A DNA stretch of 64,000 nucleotides from Octopus vulgaris (Eukaryota). The notes under the pieces are model-generated. The model was not told where the DNA came from, did not search any database, and saw only the letters and a list, made by a program, of their open reading frames with translations. A program made the translations under genes and the position numbers. Where the stretch lies: NCBI GenBank assembly GCA_951406725.2, contig OX597826.1, positions 78,244,001-78,308,000 of the forward strand, given 5' to 3'. This document shows, one piece after another, positions 39,828 through 53,667 of the stretch (position 1 is the first letter of the stretch; each line of letters starts with the position of its first letter).

Positions 39828-40325
39828 TGGATGCGGCTGGGTGCGGCTCGGTGAGGCTGGGTGCGGCTGGGTGCGGCTGGGTGCGGCTGAGTGTGGCTGA
39901 GTGAGGCTGGGTGCGGCTGGGTGTGACTGGATGCGGCTGGGTGCGGCTGGGTGCGGCTGGGTGCGGCTGGGTGCGGCTGGGTGCGGCTGGGTGCGGCTGG
40001 TTGCGGCTGGGTGAGGCTGGGTGCGGCTGGATGCGGCTGGGTAAGGCTGGGTGCGGCTGGGTGAGGCTGGGTAAGGCTGGGTGTGACTGGGTGCGGCTGG
40101 GTTCCCTCTGGGTACGGCTGGGTACGGCTGGGTACGGCTGGGTGCGACTGGGTGCGGCTGGGTGCGGCTGAGTGAGGCTGGGTGCGGCTGGGTGAGGCTG
40201 GGTGCGGCTGGATGCGGCTGGGTACAGCTAAGTGCGGCTGGTTGCGGCTGGGTACGGCTGGGTGGGGCTGGGTGCGGCTGGGTTCCCTCTGGGTACGGCT
40301 GGGTACGGCTGGGTGCGGCTGGGTG
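39828..40325 (+). repeat. 10-bp minisatellite (GGCTGGGTGC)n, about 50 units
   Basis: Direct reading; followed by degenerate TGTTG/TGTGG pentamer repeats to about 41430. Confidence 0.97.
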
Positions 40326-41901
40326 TGGTGGTGATTTAGCTGTGGCAGAGGCATAAGTGGACGTGATGTGACTGCCTTACTAGTCGGCGGAATGTTGTTG
40401 TATGTCGTGTTTATTGTGTTGTGTTGTTTTCTGTTACGCAATATGTTTTGACTACGATCTGTTTTAAGCTGTCTTATAATGGATGCCGGATGAGATGTCA
40501 TGTTGACGGTTGTGACGTGTTACCATGTACTGTGCTATTACATGATGTGTTGTGCCGTTGCAGATTTTTGGTAACGTGTTGTGAGGTGTGTTGTGAAGTC
40601 TGTTACGATGTGCTGTTGAGTGTTATGTTGTGAGCTGTTGTGCCGTGCTGTGTTGTGATGTGTTTCGTACTGAGCTGTTGTGCGTTATGTTGTGAGGTGT
40701 GTTGCGGTGTGAAGTGTATTGTGCTGACGCTGGTATTAATATGATGTTCTGTTGTAAGGTGTATTTTGAGGTGTGTTGCGAAGTGCTGTGGTGTGTTATG
40801 TTGTGAGCTGTTGTGAGGCGTGTTCTGGTATAGTGCGTTCTGTTGTGCCGTGTTTTGTGATGCAAGTGTTTGTATGTTGTGATTTGTTGTTGCCGGGTTT
40901 GGCGTGTCGTCATGATGTGAGGTATGCAATGATGTGATACAGAGTGGTGTCTTGCACTCTGCTGTGTTGTAGTATAGCATGGTGGGACATTGTGAAGTGC
41001 AGAGTTGTATAATATACCGCAGGAAATTGTGCGGTACAACGTGGGTGGTATAAGATGTTGTGTGCTGAGCGGCTGTGTGTTGTAGAGTGTGGTCATGTTA
41101 CAATGTTGCAGGTTTTTTTTGTGTATGCTGTGGTGAGATGTTTTCGGGTGTAATGCGATGCTGCAGGATGAGATGGTCTGTGGTGCTGTGCCGTATTATG
41201 TCCTGTGCCATTCTATGGCATTCTTTTGAGGCTATGCAGTAGATACTTCTACTGGAGTGGGTTTTGCTATGTTCTTCGCAGTATGGCACTTTAAAAAAGA
41301 GTGGTGTGCTATGCTGTAGTGTGGTGTAGTAGTATTTGATGTGGAGCCAGTAATCCTTGTGTAGTTGGTGCTGCATAGCGTGTTCTGTTGTGGCTGTATC
41401 ATATGATAGTTCTGTGTGTAGTGTCATGTTTCGGCTCGATATGGGGCCACTTGGTGAGATATGATATCGTGTCCCACATCAAGCTGATCGAGATCTCTAA
41501 CCAAAGACATTCCACCTGTGGCTGTTCCGTCTTATTTTTTGTTAAGGGTATTGAATATCAAATTGTATGCACCGTATCTATTTTAGAGCCGTGTGAGCTG
41601 TTTTGTTATCGTTCGTAGAGAGATAAAAACTTTTATTTTATACAATATCTTTGTGGACTGAGAGGGATAAACGGAACCCATTTCAAGCGACAGAACACTC
41701 TGAATAACACCCATAAAAAACCCTTTTTTTGAAGCTATTATCAATAAGAGTTGTAGAAAATTGTCTAAACCGATGAGCATAACGAAACGCATTCTGTGAA
41801 ATCAGTCTGAATAATAAATCATTACTTTATTATCACTGTTTGCTTTGACTCAACGATGTTCTAAAGAATGAAGTTCGTGTGTGTATGTCTGTATGTGTGT
41901 G

Positions 41902-41961
<60 letters not shown>

Positions 41962-42544
41962 CGCATATGAATGCATCCATGTATTTATGTATGCATGGAT
42001 GAGTACGTATCACGGTGTAAAGTACTCAATACCAAAAGCGGAGTGTTCATTGAGACTAAATCTTTACGATTTATAACCAGAGTCTCCTGTTTCTGATCTC
42101 TCAAGAATGATGAAGTTAAACTTAGGAGTTAGATACACACACATACATATGCACGCGACCACACAAACACACACACACATACACACACATACATACATAC
42201 ACACACACAGACATACACACACACGAACTTCATTCTTTAGAACATCGTTGAGTCAAAGCAAACAGTGATAATAAAGTTATATATATATATAAATGGAACA
42301 AAAACGCAATAGAAAACATTAAAAAACATTCGGACAGATGGACGATAAAAAGGCGGACAAGAGAAACAACAATTAGAAGAACAGGCAAAAAAAGGTGGGT
42401 CATTCGTGGCTTTCTTTCCGCAGTCAAGTTCCAGAAGTCACGACCATTTCGAACAGTTGAGATGGTTCGATCTGGTTGCCCAGCGATCACCGTGTAAATG
42501 GCTAAGGAGAATAAGAGAGAGTGTGTGTCTGTGTCACCTTTTAT

Positions 42545-42648
<104 letters not shown>

Positions 42649-43361
42649 CTATCTATCAATCTCTATCTATCTATGTATTTATCTATCTATCTATCTGTCT
42701 GTCTGTTTGTCTATCTATCTGTCTATCCGTCTTTGTGTATCTCTACTTAGCATTTTCAGTTTGTCTCTATTCCTCTTATTCTGTTATTCAGAATGTGAAA
42801 AGGCGATCGTCTGCTGTCTTTGCAACTTGATTGGCACGTCTTCTGCCCATGGTATTGTTGCGTCTTCGTTATCATATTTCTTCTGATTAATGTTCATTAA
42901 TGTTGCAGAGTTCCGTCATATTTCCACGAAAAGTTGTTACGAGAGAATGATGCTTTGTTTTGCTTTGAGTAATGTGGGACATAGAGACAACTAAAAATCG
43001 AAGAAAACTGAATACATCAATTTGAGCGAGAGACAGACAGACAGAGACAGGCAGACAGACAGACAGATACATAGAGAGATGGGTCGGAATAGTTGCACGT
43101 AAACAATGAAGGCCATTATTTAATAAAGAATTCAATATATTTCAAATGTGAATAGTATATTCCTTTATTCATAAGATGGCACGCAAAACGTTTCAATGTA
43201 TCACCAGAGTTTTTGAGGTCGTCAAGTAGGAGATCTCTTGAGAGAAGGAAATAATTTAGATTCGAACGGTTCACGAATTGTAAGAGTAATACCATGACTG
43301 TGTGTATATTTGTGTTTTGGGATGCTTGTATGTATGCGTGTGGGAATATACATACATACAT

Positions 43362-43431
<70 letters not shown>

Positions 43432-43435
<4 letters not shown>

Positions 43436-44150
43436 TGTGAAGAAGATAGTAACATTAACATGAAGCGAAGCCTCTGTTGGACTTGTGACCACTGCATCAC
43501 ACCACACTTCAAAAGCTATGGATTTGCAATCAAAGAACAGGAGATTGCTACAGAATACCTAATAAACAAAAGAGACCCTAAATCTCTTCGAGTTCCAAGA
43601 TACAACTGTGAATGTAGATTATGACATCCCACATGTGGTTAGCAACTGACCAAAAATCTCATCAATACTCTACCTCCCTATGCGACACAATGTTGTTGCA
43701 AATACAATATACAACGCCATCTGGAGAGAAGACTGTCCTGGAATAAATATACAGAATCCCCCGGTTTTTTAAAACATACAAAAACACCAATACAAGGAAT
43801 ACGGGTGGAACATTCTCATCAAAACACTTATCAAGTGTAAACATAACAGGCCGGATATTGTTGTTTGGGACGGACAAGATAAAGTATGTAGCATCATAGA
43901 GGTCAGCTGTTCTACTGACATGAATACCGATTTGAAAGAAGGTAACTATGGACAGCTGCTTGGAAACGTCCAGTTTCTATATCCAGAGAATAAATCCACA
44001 TTTATACCAATAATAATTGGAGCGCTTGGTTTTGTGAGTAAATGCCTAACTGTCAGTCTGGATAAGCTTGGATTTTCAGAAAAAGAAATCGACCAACAAA
44101 CTTACACTTTACAAATAGTAAAAATATGCAAGACTTTTTCTCAGGTTTAA
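43432..44150 (+). mobile_element. Decayed 3' part of a restriction-like-endonuclease non-LTR retrotransposon (R4/Dong/NeSL-type)
   Basis: AIKEQEIAT, CRL*..HVVSN* (broken CCHC), RHNVVA, HNRPDIVVWD..IIEVSC (PD..D/E), IPIIIGALG; stops and frameshifts. Confidence 0.85.
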
Positions 44151-45199
44151 AATGTGATGTTGTTTTCGTTATCTACATTCCAACGATGGGGCTTTGTATC
44201 TTTGGTTCGAAATCAGCTCCTTCCTCAGAGGAAGAATTCAAATGATTAAATACAGAAGAGACGTACATACATCTACCGTGAATCCTCGTAAAATCGTACT
44301 AATGATAAGAAAGATGTCCGGTTTAGCTGATTGTCCGAGTCAACCGATAATAGGTGTTAATATTGGAAGCGTATACCATAGTTAGAAAATAAAAGAAAAT
44401 ACTAGAAATCCCATTCGATTAAATAAACCTTAGCTAAATATTGCAGATTTGGCATTGTAGTTTTTGATGTCACTGTGAGTTGCTTCATAAAATTATTTAA
44501 CAATATGTAAAAGCGTGAAGCACTGAAACTGCAAATGTCTAATTTCATTTGCCCTTGGCAATTCTTTTGTAGCATCAGCTTCGCTTGTTCTCTGATGTAT
44601 CCAAAGAAACTCGTTTATCTCGAACCCTCAAAAATGGTATTCTACCTTCACATAAAAGAGAACTTTCTCCAAGCATTGGTTAGAGTGATGGACGCCTGTG
44701 CCTTCCAAGAAACTCAGCTGAAGATTGAAAAACTTGAGATAGTAGTTTTTGACGTTACTGAGAATTGTTTGTTCACGTTTCTTTCCTAAGGTCGTTGGTA
44801 GAATCTCGAGTAAATTACAAAATATATTTTGGTACATTGACCGTATCGTGAATTTAACACTGATTGACAACAACATCTACTTCATTTTTTTACCATCATT
44901 GCTGACGAGTTACCAACTTACCTGTGAGATTGAACATGCTGCCCCAAAATTTGTTGTCCCTTCGCCAAGTCAGCAGAAAGTTTGAGGAAAGCTTTTTGGA
45001 ATCGACGTAACAGAAGAATGAAAAATTATTTACCAAAGATATGCATCATTGATTACGATTTCTCAGAATAGTAATAGCACACTACCAGCTGGTGTATTGT
45101 GGAGTTGATGAGCTCTATATTACTAAGAATTTTAAAGGAAGCATATTGTCTGTGTCCGCACAATACAACCTAGAAAAAAACCTTCCTTACTTGGTTTGC

Positions 45200-45574
45200 G
45201 ACCATTCTTAAATGCTTGTGTATAACGAAGCAATGACCACATGTACAACCCAGATTCAACCTCGTTATACATTTGAGAAATTAGGATCCATTCACACTTA
45301 ATTAAATCATTTAACCTCTTCCTGAAAAGTTCCATTTCCTCGGTTGGTGTAACATTCCATGTTTCACAATGAGTAATTTTATTACCGATTCTATGACAAT
45401 TTCTAAATTTCCATAACCATTCGTCACTAACTTCGAAATTCTTGATGTCATATGCCAGTTCATTTGGCAGTAACCTTTAGAATTCCTACAAAACGAACGT
45501 TGGTACTTGAGAATTCTTGAAGAACAAACTTCTTCATCATTGCTTCCTCAAGGCTTGTATTTTTTACTTCTCTA

Positions 45575-45626
<52 letters not shown>

Positions 45627-45850
45627 CTTTCTTTCATAAACAGATACTGACTGAGAATTTTCATTTATTTATATTTCAAAGAAAGTATAAAAAGATTATC
45701 TGTAATTGTGCATTCTGTTCGAAATATCGCTTTTTTAATGTCATACATTTTACAAATTTTTGCCTCCGAAGCACCAGCATTTAACTCCCTTTCAAATTCC
45801 AGTTTGTTTGGGAAATTACAAGCTTCTGTTTTTAGATTAATACTCACACT
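45200..45850 (-). mobile_element. pogo/Tigger transposase remnant interrupted by (CT)n
   Basis: KLEFERELNAGASEAKICKMYDI (HTH-psq-like), FEVSDEWLWKFRNCHRI (CENP-B HTH-like), QMYNEVESGL (N.DETG-like). Confidence 0.7.
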
Positions 45851-45975
45851 TTAAGAAACGGCGCGGTTGAATAAAGCGTGATCACGGGAACACAAGTTAT
45901 ATTGTGTGTTCTGCTGGCTTTAATCACAACGAGTGCGTGGTTCGCTGCTAATCTTACTAATTCTGATAAGGATCA

Positions 45976-46140
45976 CTGAATGTTTCTAACACACCAGATC
46001 CCTGGCCGGGTAGTGCCATCGAGAAGCGCTGCCCATTCGGGATAAGTTCTACAGACATGGCTCGAGAAACACCAGGCCGACCAGCCCGAGATGCGGTCAG
46101 AGCGACGAAACCAGGGATCTGGTGTGTTAGAAACATTCAG
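45976..46140 (+). repeat. 105-bp L1/Tx1 fragment enclosed by perfect 30-bp inverted repeats
   Basis: CTGAATGTTTCTAACACACCAGATCCCTGG (45976-46005) and its exact reverse complement (46111-46140); the insert resembles the reverse complement of about 47285-47390. Confidence 0.95.
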
Positions 46141-46364
46141 CTACTTCGACCTAACTTAATCATTGGTTTTGATTTTGTATAATTTGATTTGAAAATAAAT
46201 AGCACTCAGGTTCAATATCGAGGTTAGCACAAGGGAAATGAGGAATTATCTCGATTATATTTAATAAATCTTCGAGAAATTTCTTCACAGAAGTTTTCGC
46301 CACGAAAAGGTATCTCTTGCAAGGGAAGTATGTAAAAAAGGAATGAGTATATATATATATATAT

Positions 46365-46468
<104 letters not shown>

Positions 46469-46494
46469 GCAGGCAGACAGACATACAGACAGAC

Positions 46495-46560
<66 letters not shown>

Positions 46561-46563
<3 letters not shown>

Positions 46564-47770
46564 TGTTTCTTTATTGGCCACACAGGACTGAACACAGAGG
46601 GGGCAAAATACAAAGTAGAGCTTTCTGTTAGGGAAAAAAAGAAAGATAAAAGTGGGGGTTAGAAACTCGATCAAAAGGGATCATGGAAAAAAAAATTCGA
46701 TCAAGAGGGATCGTGTATCACACAAATGTCATAATGTAAAACGGGGAAAGAGATTAAGTTTATCCGTGGGAAGAAAAGCCTACAGAAAAGACGACGGGAA
46801 CCTTGGGCAATAGTGTCATGCAAAAAGAAAACACATTACAGTAAGTGGCTCTCTTCTTTCCTTTCTTTTTCTTTTTCTTTTTTTTTTTTTTGGTTCATAG
46901 GATTATGCTCAAGCTGGCTCCGTCATTCATACATGCCATCCTTGCAACATTCACCCATCTTGTTTTGAAGCATTCATTAGACAAAACTTGCCCCTCTACT
47001 CTCACCTTCCTCTTCAAGTGATACTTGAAGTTGATGAGAGATTGACCAGAAAGGAAAGTATTTGTCTCTAGACCTTTCAGACGCGTCCACCATACACATT
47101 CTTTCGCCGTAGCTACAAGTACGATGAAAATGGCTCTTCCTTCCCGTTTCAAGGAAGGAGGCGCAACAATATTAACAATAGACTCGGTTGATAAACCGAC
47201 TCGTCCCATACGCAATAGCAGTTGTTCGACACAGGCCCACAGGTCGGAAATTGTTGGACATTGTACGAGTGCGTGCAGAACGGTTTCGATACTCTGACCG
47301 CATCTCGGGCAGGTCGGCCTGGTGTTTCTCGAGCCATGCCTGTAGAGCTTTTCCCGAACATGCAGCGCTTCTCGATGGCACTACCCGGCCAGAGATCTCT
47401 GGAAGTTGTCCATAGGTCCCGGCCCGGAAGTTGTCTTGAACAGGCGGATCAGGTGTTCTTCGTCGACGCCCAGGTTCGCCTCGAGATCGTCGTCGTACCT
47501 CCCACCCACTAAGCCCCTATAGGATGCTTTGGTTGTGTTGAAGTCACTCAAGGTCAACCCGTGACATCATAGTTTCTTGAGAGCAACGCGACACTCGCGG
47601 TGCCATTCGCCCTTCCTCGGCCTCTTTTTGATCGGCGACTGCAGCTCGGTCGTCTGCAGTTCGGTCGTGGAGACGAGCTGCGGGAAAGCGCACCTCACAA
47701 ACGGCGACCATACCCGTTCACCGTCGTCTACGTAGAGCTGGAGATGTCACAGTCTCAGCGGCCTCTGTGG
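46561..47770 (-). mobile_element. 3' part of an L1/Tx1-clade LINE (decayed)
   Basis: zf-RVT CCHC motif CPRCGQSIETVLHALVQC..DLW; KECVWWTR; 3' UTR ending AATAAAGAAAC directly before (TATC)n. Confidence 0.88.
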
Positions 47771-47774
47771 TTTA

Positions 47775-47922
47775 TCGCTCACCACTACTTGATAGCCGGT
47801 GTTGGTGTGTTTATGTTTCATTTTTACAAAACTAAGTACTGAGGACGATTGAGTGAATTAAAAATTCTCCAAGGTGGCGCCCCCACCATGGCCACAGTCT
47901 GATGACTGAAACATATAAAAGA
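47775..47922 (+). mobile_element. SINE family B, 3' part
   Basis: CCGGTGTTGGTGTGTTTA...CATGGCCACAGTC..ATGACTGAAAC. Confidence 0.75.
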
Positions 47923-48199
47923 CAGCGAAAATGCATTCGACAAATGTAGTCTAAGACATATACAAATACGGGAAGGTCAAGGCTGGAATGCCTACGACAG
48001 TGGGTCGGCTTGTTCAGAGCTGACCCCGGGCTAAACACAAATCACAACATACTGACTATGCAAAACTTTCAACAACATCTCAGAATGAATACGAAAAGAG
48101 ATTATAAAAGACAATGGTTAGTATCTCCATTGTAGCACAACAGACAACAGCATGCATGGTTGAGTCGAGCATTGTAATCTTATTAGAAGCAACAGAATG

Positions 48200-49077
<878 letters not shown>

Positions 49078-49583
49078 AAAAGGAAGTCACTAAAATATCT
49101 ATTTTCACAAAACATAGATTGTTTATTTTGTTCTATGGTTATGAAATATGGCCATTAATATTCAAAACAGTTGAAGTGGTTCCACCATATGCGAGTTTGC
49201 CATTCTTTTTTCTTTTATATACAACAATACGCCACCCCCACCGCCCCACTTATCGCGTTTCAGTAGCGTCACGTTTCAGGAATAGCTTGCCACAACATCA
49301 AATTCCGTAACGTGAATTATGCTATTCGTTGATTTCCGTATTTTTCCGGCTTCCATGTATCATCGAAATCAATGGGAAAATTCCAAAAGACCCTCTTGAT
49401 AACGAATGTTAGGATACAAGGAAAGCCTTTAAATCAGATCTGAAAAAGGAAAGGTAATATTGAAAGTGAAAGTTGTGAAGATGGAGTAACATTAAACACA
49501 AAGTGTCGAAACATGGTGACAGGAAGCGTTTTAAAGGCAAAACTGGAACATGTGGCTAGCAAAAGTAACCGTATCGATCTATT

Positions 49584-49962
49584 ATCTATTTCTTTATTGT
49601 CCACAGGGGGCTAAAACATAGAGGGGAGAAACAAAGACAGATAAAGGGATTATGTTGATTACATCGACTCCAGTGCGTAACTGGTACTTATTTAATCGAC
49701 CCCAGAAGGATGAAAGGCAAAGTCGACTTCGACGGAATTTGAGCTCATAACGTAGCGGCAGAGGAAATACCTATATTTTTACAACCCACAAGGGGCTAAA
49801 CACAGAGAGGACAAACAAGGATAGGCAAACGGATTAAGTCGATTATATCGACCCCAGTGCTTGACTGGTACTTATTTAATCGACCCCGAAGGGATGAAAG
49901 GCAAAGTCGACCTCGGCGGAATTTGAGCTCAGAACGTAGCGGCATGCTAACGTTTCTGCCAG
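49584..49962 (-). mobile_element. Two tandem SINE family A copies of a subfamily with an L1/Tx1-like 3' tail
   Basis: Family A core occurs twice (about 49660-49765 and 49835-49945); the tails differ from other copies and match 46566-46615. Confidence 0.88.
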
Positions 49963-49971
49963 ATCTGTTAT

Positions 49972-50170
49972 ATTTTACTTGCTTCAGTCATTGGACTGCG
50001 GCCATGCTGAGGCATTATCTCGAAGGGGTTCAGCCACACAAATCTACTCCAATGTTTGTTTATAAGTTTGGTACTTATTCTATCAAACTCTTTTGCTGAA
50101 GCGATAAGTTGCAGGGACATAAAGAAGCCAACACCGGTTGTCAAGTGGTGGGGGAGGGCTGACACAACCA
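49972..50170 (-). mobile_element. SINE family B, 3' part
   Basis: TTTTACTTGCTTCAGTCATTGGACTGCGGCCATGCTG...ACACCGGTTGTCAAG. Confidence 0.8.
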
Positions 50171-50464
50171 GTATTATACATACATACACGCACTCGCACT
50201 TATATGTGGGTCAATATTAGTCTGAAAAGATATATGTACGCATTCACCATCCATTGACAAAATTCTGCATGGCATTTAATCGAAAGGAGATATACCCATA
50301 CATACACAAATCTACGATTATATATATATATGTGTGTGTATGTTTGTGTACGTGTGTTTGTATGCGTGTGTCTATGTGTGTGTGTATGTGTTTGTGTGTT
50401 TGTGTAACAATACGTACACAATTTTAAGTTTAGTATTTATTCTATCTTCTCAACACTGGTTGTC

Positions 50465-50796
50465 GGGAGGTAAGAGACAAATTAGAGCACACCCTTCGGT
50501 CATGAATGACCATGGGATTGCACCTAGAAAGTTCCCCTCCGAGGCACAAGTCTGGGCAATGTCGTTTATGGAAGACTAGCAGTCGCCCTTTCATACCACT
50601 TATGTTATCTAAGGGAAAGGCAAAGAGGCCGATACAGTTCGACACCAGTGACGTTGCAACTCATTTCTACAGCTGAGTTAACTGGAGCAACGTGAAATAA
50701 AGATGTTTTGCTCAAGAACACAACATGCAGCCCGGTCCAGGAATCGAACTCACAACCTCACGATCATAAACTCGACCATCTAACCACTGAGCCATG
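50465..50796 (-). mobile_element. tRNA-derived SINE family C with a different 3' body
   Basis: Minus-strand A-box TGGCTCAGTGG and B-box GAGTTCGATTCC; core ACTGGAGCAACGTGAAATAAAG..TTTTGCTCAAGAACACAAC. Confidence 0.8.
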
Positions 50797-51699
50797 AGAC
50801 AAATACAAGCACAAAAGCCCACATACCCATGCACACATACTTAGATACATATAAACACGTATATTTACATATACAGCTACACATATCAAACATAAACACA
50901 CAGATGCATGCACACACACCTGATTGTCAGATTTTACCGTTTCACATCTTCAGTTTACTGAGAGCAACTCCTTTTATTCGAAGGTGACACATTATTCTTA
51001 TGTAGACAATTCCTGTAAATTATTGAAAGTGTTTTACACATATTTCATACGCAGTTTACGTTCAACAAGCAAATATCTCTGGGAAAGAAATCTATATGTA
51101 ATTCATTCAAAAAATACACATATTTGATTATTTTTCAGTCTTTTTAACTTACATATAGAATTCAATCACAAAAATAAAAAGTTTCTTGGTTGAAATCAAT
51201 AAATAAAAACATCGAAACACTAACAAGAAAAAAAAAAGGTGCAGAAGTGATTTTGTTGGATTTGCAGTTTTTATTCAAAAATGGATCAAAATTTAGCTGC
51301 TTTACCTTCTTCTTGCTTCTAAACAATTAATCACAACCATTACTGATATGCTATCTTACATTCTTCGTTTAGAATTTAGGTTGTTTTACGGAAGTCGTGC
51401 TAAAGCTTGTGGTATTTCACTAAAGCTTTTTAGATAAGATCACTTCTTGTCTATTTGAATTAGAGACTAGTTTCTGTTCACTTTATAAACGTTGTCTTCT
51501 TGTTTGCATGACTGTATGTCCTGAATACGTCATCTTCTTCGTATCCCACTCTCCGTACCATTCACACAAGCTTGAGACCGTTTCATCGTCTGCCCTGTTG
51601 TTTTACTTTCTCACATTTAAACAATCTTTTTATTGCGAACTGTAGGGTATCTTTTGTGGTTTCATTGCTTGCATAACGATTTCTTTTTCTCCAGAAACG

Positions 51700-51835
51700 T
51701 ATGACAGACTGTAATCAACTGACTTATACTTCTTCGGAGGTTATACGCAGTAAAAGCTGAAATAACTCTCTGAACCATTGGTTGTAATGATGCAGTTGTG
51801 TTTGGTAAAATGAAAAAGACAGCAGCATGTCTGTA
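51700..51835 (-). mobile_element. pogo/Tigger DDE_1 transposase fragment
   Basis: VFFILPNTTASLQPMVQRVISAFTAYNLRR resembles the conserved FLPPNTTS.LQP.DQG.I..FK..YRR block. Confidence 0.75.
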
Positions 51836-52386
51836 TGTTTGGAGTGAATTAAGCTTTGACTGATAACCGTGAGCGTTGACAGAAAGCAGATATTCTGTGG
51901 CTCGTAACTTTTGATTGCAGAGCATAAATGTTCAACGAACCAACATTCAGTAAAGAAAAACAAATTCCATGTAAGTAAATCTTAGATTTCCTTATAACAG
52001 GTTAACTAGATTTGGAGAAGCGATTCCTTACTCTTGGGATACAGACATGACGAATATCTATTGGCTTAATTTTCGAATTAAAAGTAGGACCTTTCGTGGC
52101 TTTAAGCCCAAATTCCTTTTTCTCTCCTCCTAAATAAAAAGTTTACATATAAACGTTTCGAAAATAGTTCATATTTTTGTTCATTAACAATGAATTTAGT
52201 AGATATTTACAACTTTCTATAACGAGCGTTGATTGTGCTTAAAATTCGGATATAACTGGATATCAGCACTTGTTGATTCTTCTGTTTTTCAAGTGATCAG
52301 ATCGTTTCTTGAAATTTTCAAAAGATCCCAAAAAACAACAAGCGTTTGAGTGATTTCCTCAGCTTCTAATTTCAACTGATTAAATA

Positions 52387-52584
52387 CCGTATTTCCGGAA
52401 TACAAATCGACGTGGTATATAGTATAAATATGTAGTGTAAACATCGTCTGTAGCATTCCAAATCCTGCTGCCTTTCACATGGAATATTTTATCCGCCAAA
52501 GTTGTATTAGTGTATAAGTCGACCTACTTTTGTTGGCCGTAAATCTGGGTCTGAAAACTTCGAGTTGTATGTTGGCAAATACAG
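52387..52584. mobile_element. Tc2/pogo-type MITE
   Basis: TA-flanked imperfect TIRs CCGTATTT-CCGGAATACAAATCGA / rc CTGTATTTGCCAACATACAACTCGA. Confidence 0.65.
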
Positions 52585-52879
52585 TAAAATGAATGCCTTT
52601 TATTGGATAATAGCTTGCAAATATGTTGATTGATATTGTGACGTATGATCTCCATCTAAATACTTAACCTTTTCCCCCAAAATTCCTATGATTTTATTAC
52701 ATGTGGCGAACAGTTTAGATATTTATCCGTTCTCTTGAGTTTCCCAGACAACTTTTAAATTCTCAGATTGATTCATTATCGTTTTTAAAAGCTGACGGCT
52801 ACAATATTTAATTCCTTCTCCTATTTCTGTTGTCATCATCAGCCTGGCATATAAAGATATAGGTTTTCGTCACATATTA

Positions 52880-53667
52880 CGAGGTGGTATCAAAAGGTTT
52901 CCGGACGAGTTATGTTTAACGAAAAATAATTTATTTACCTAAGTTTTAACAGCATCTCCTTCGAAACAGTCGCATTGCGCAACAATACACCGGTCCCAGC
53001 ATTCCTGACCCTTTTAGAATCCGGCCTGGAAGTCGTTTTCCGTAAGCGAGTCGAAGACCTGCGATTAGCTCTGGATCTCCTCGACAACAGTGTTAAAACG
53101 GCGACTTTTGAGCTGCATTTTCATCGTGTGGGAAGAGATGGAAGTCCGCGGGTGGTAAACCTAGCAAATAGTGCGGATGCGGAATCGATACCATGTTGTT
53201 TTTGGCGAGAAACCGACGAGTGAGGAGAGGTTGGTAGTCCTTCCTCAAACGCTTCAAAACGTCACAGTAGAAATCTCGATCAACGGGTTGGCCCTGGTGG
53301 TGAGGGAGCGATTCACGATGCATGATACCACAGATCGCTTATCGTCTTCCAGGGACGTTCTTCAACTTTCGAAGTGCCTGTGCCACTCGAAGCATTGCGT
53401 ACGACCCATTGCCTCGTCGCCGTAATCTTGCCGAAGCATGCTCAATGTCTTTGTAGCAGACTTCCCAAGTTTAACGCAAAATTTCACGCTGGCTCTTTGT
53501 CCATGACAAAATGGCAGACTACAGCTTATACGTGATCACAAAAGACACAAATTTCACAACTTTTGAAGTAAACAGAATGATGCCAGCCCTCATTGCGCAC
53601 ATAACCATGTGCTGCCATCTGTTGGCGCGCTACAGAACTAATCCGAGAACTGCTTGATACTACCTAA
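52880..53667 (-). mobile_element. Internally deleted mariner transposon (second subfamily)
   Basis: TA-flanked degenerate TIRs; N-terminal QRASVKFCVKLGKSATKTLSMLRQDYGDEAM..CFEWH; C-terminal FYCDVLKRLR and HPHY..LPPADFHLFP. Confidence 0.88.

Noticed and set aside
39818-40501. 227-aa ORF of PSRTQPHPAA repeats
   Set aside because: A 10-bp unit, not a multiple of 3, produces the same peptide in all frames; a minisatellite artefact.
41765-41800. CCGATGAG-CATAAC-GAAACGC motif
   Set aside because: Core mutated and stems absent; too weak to call.
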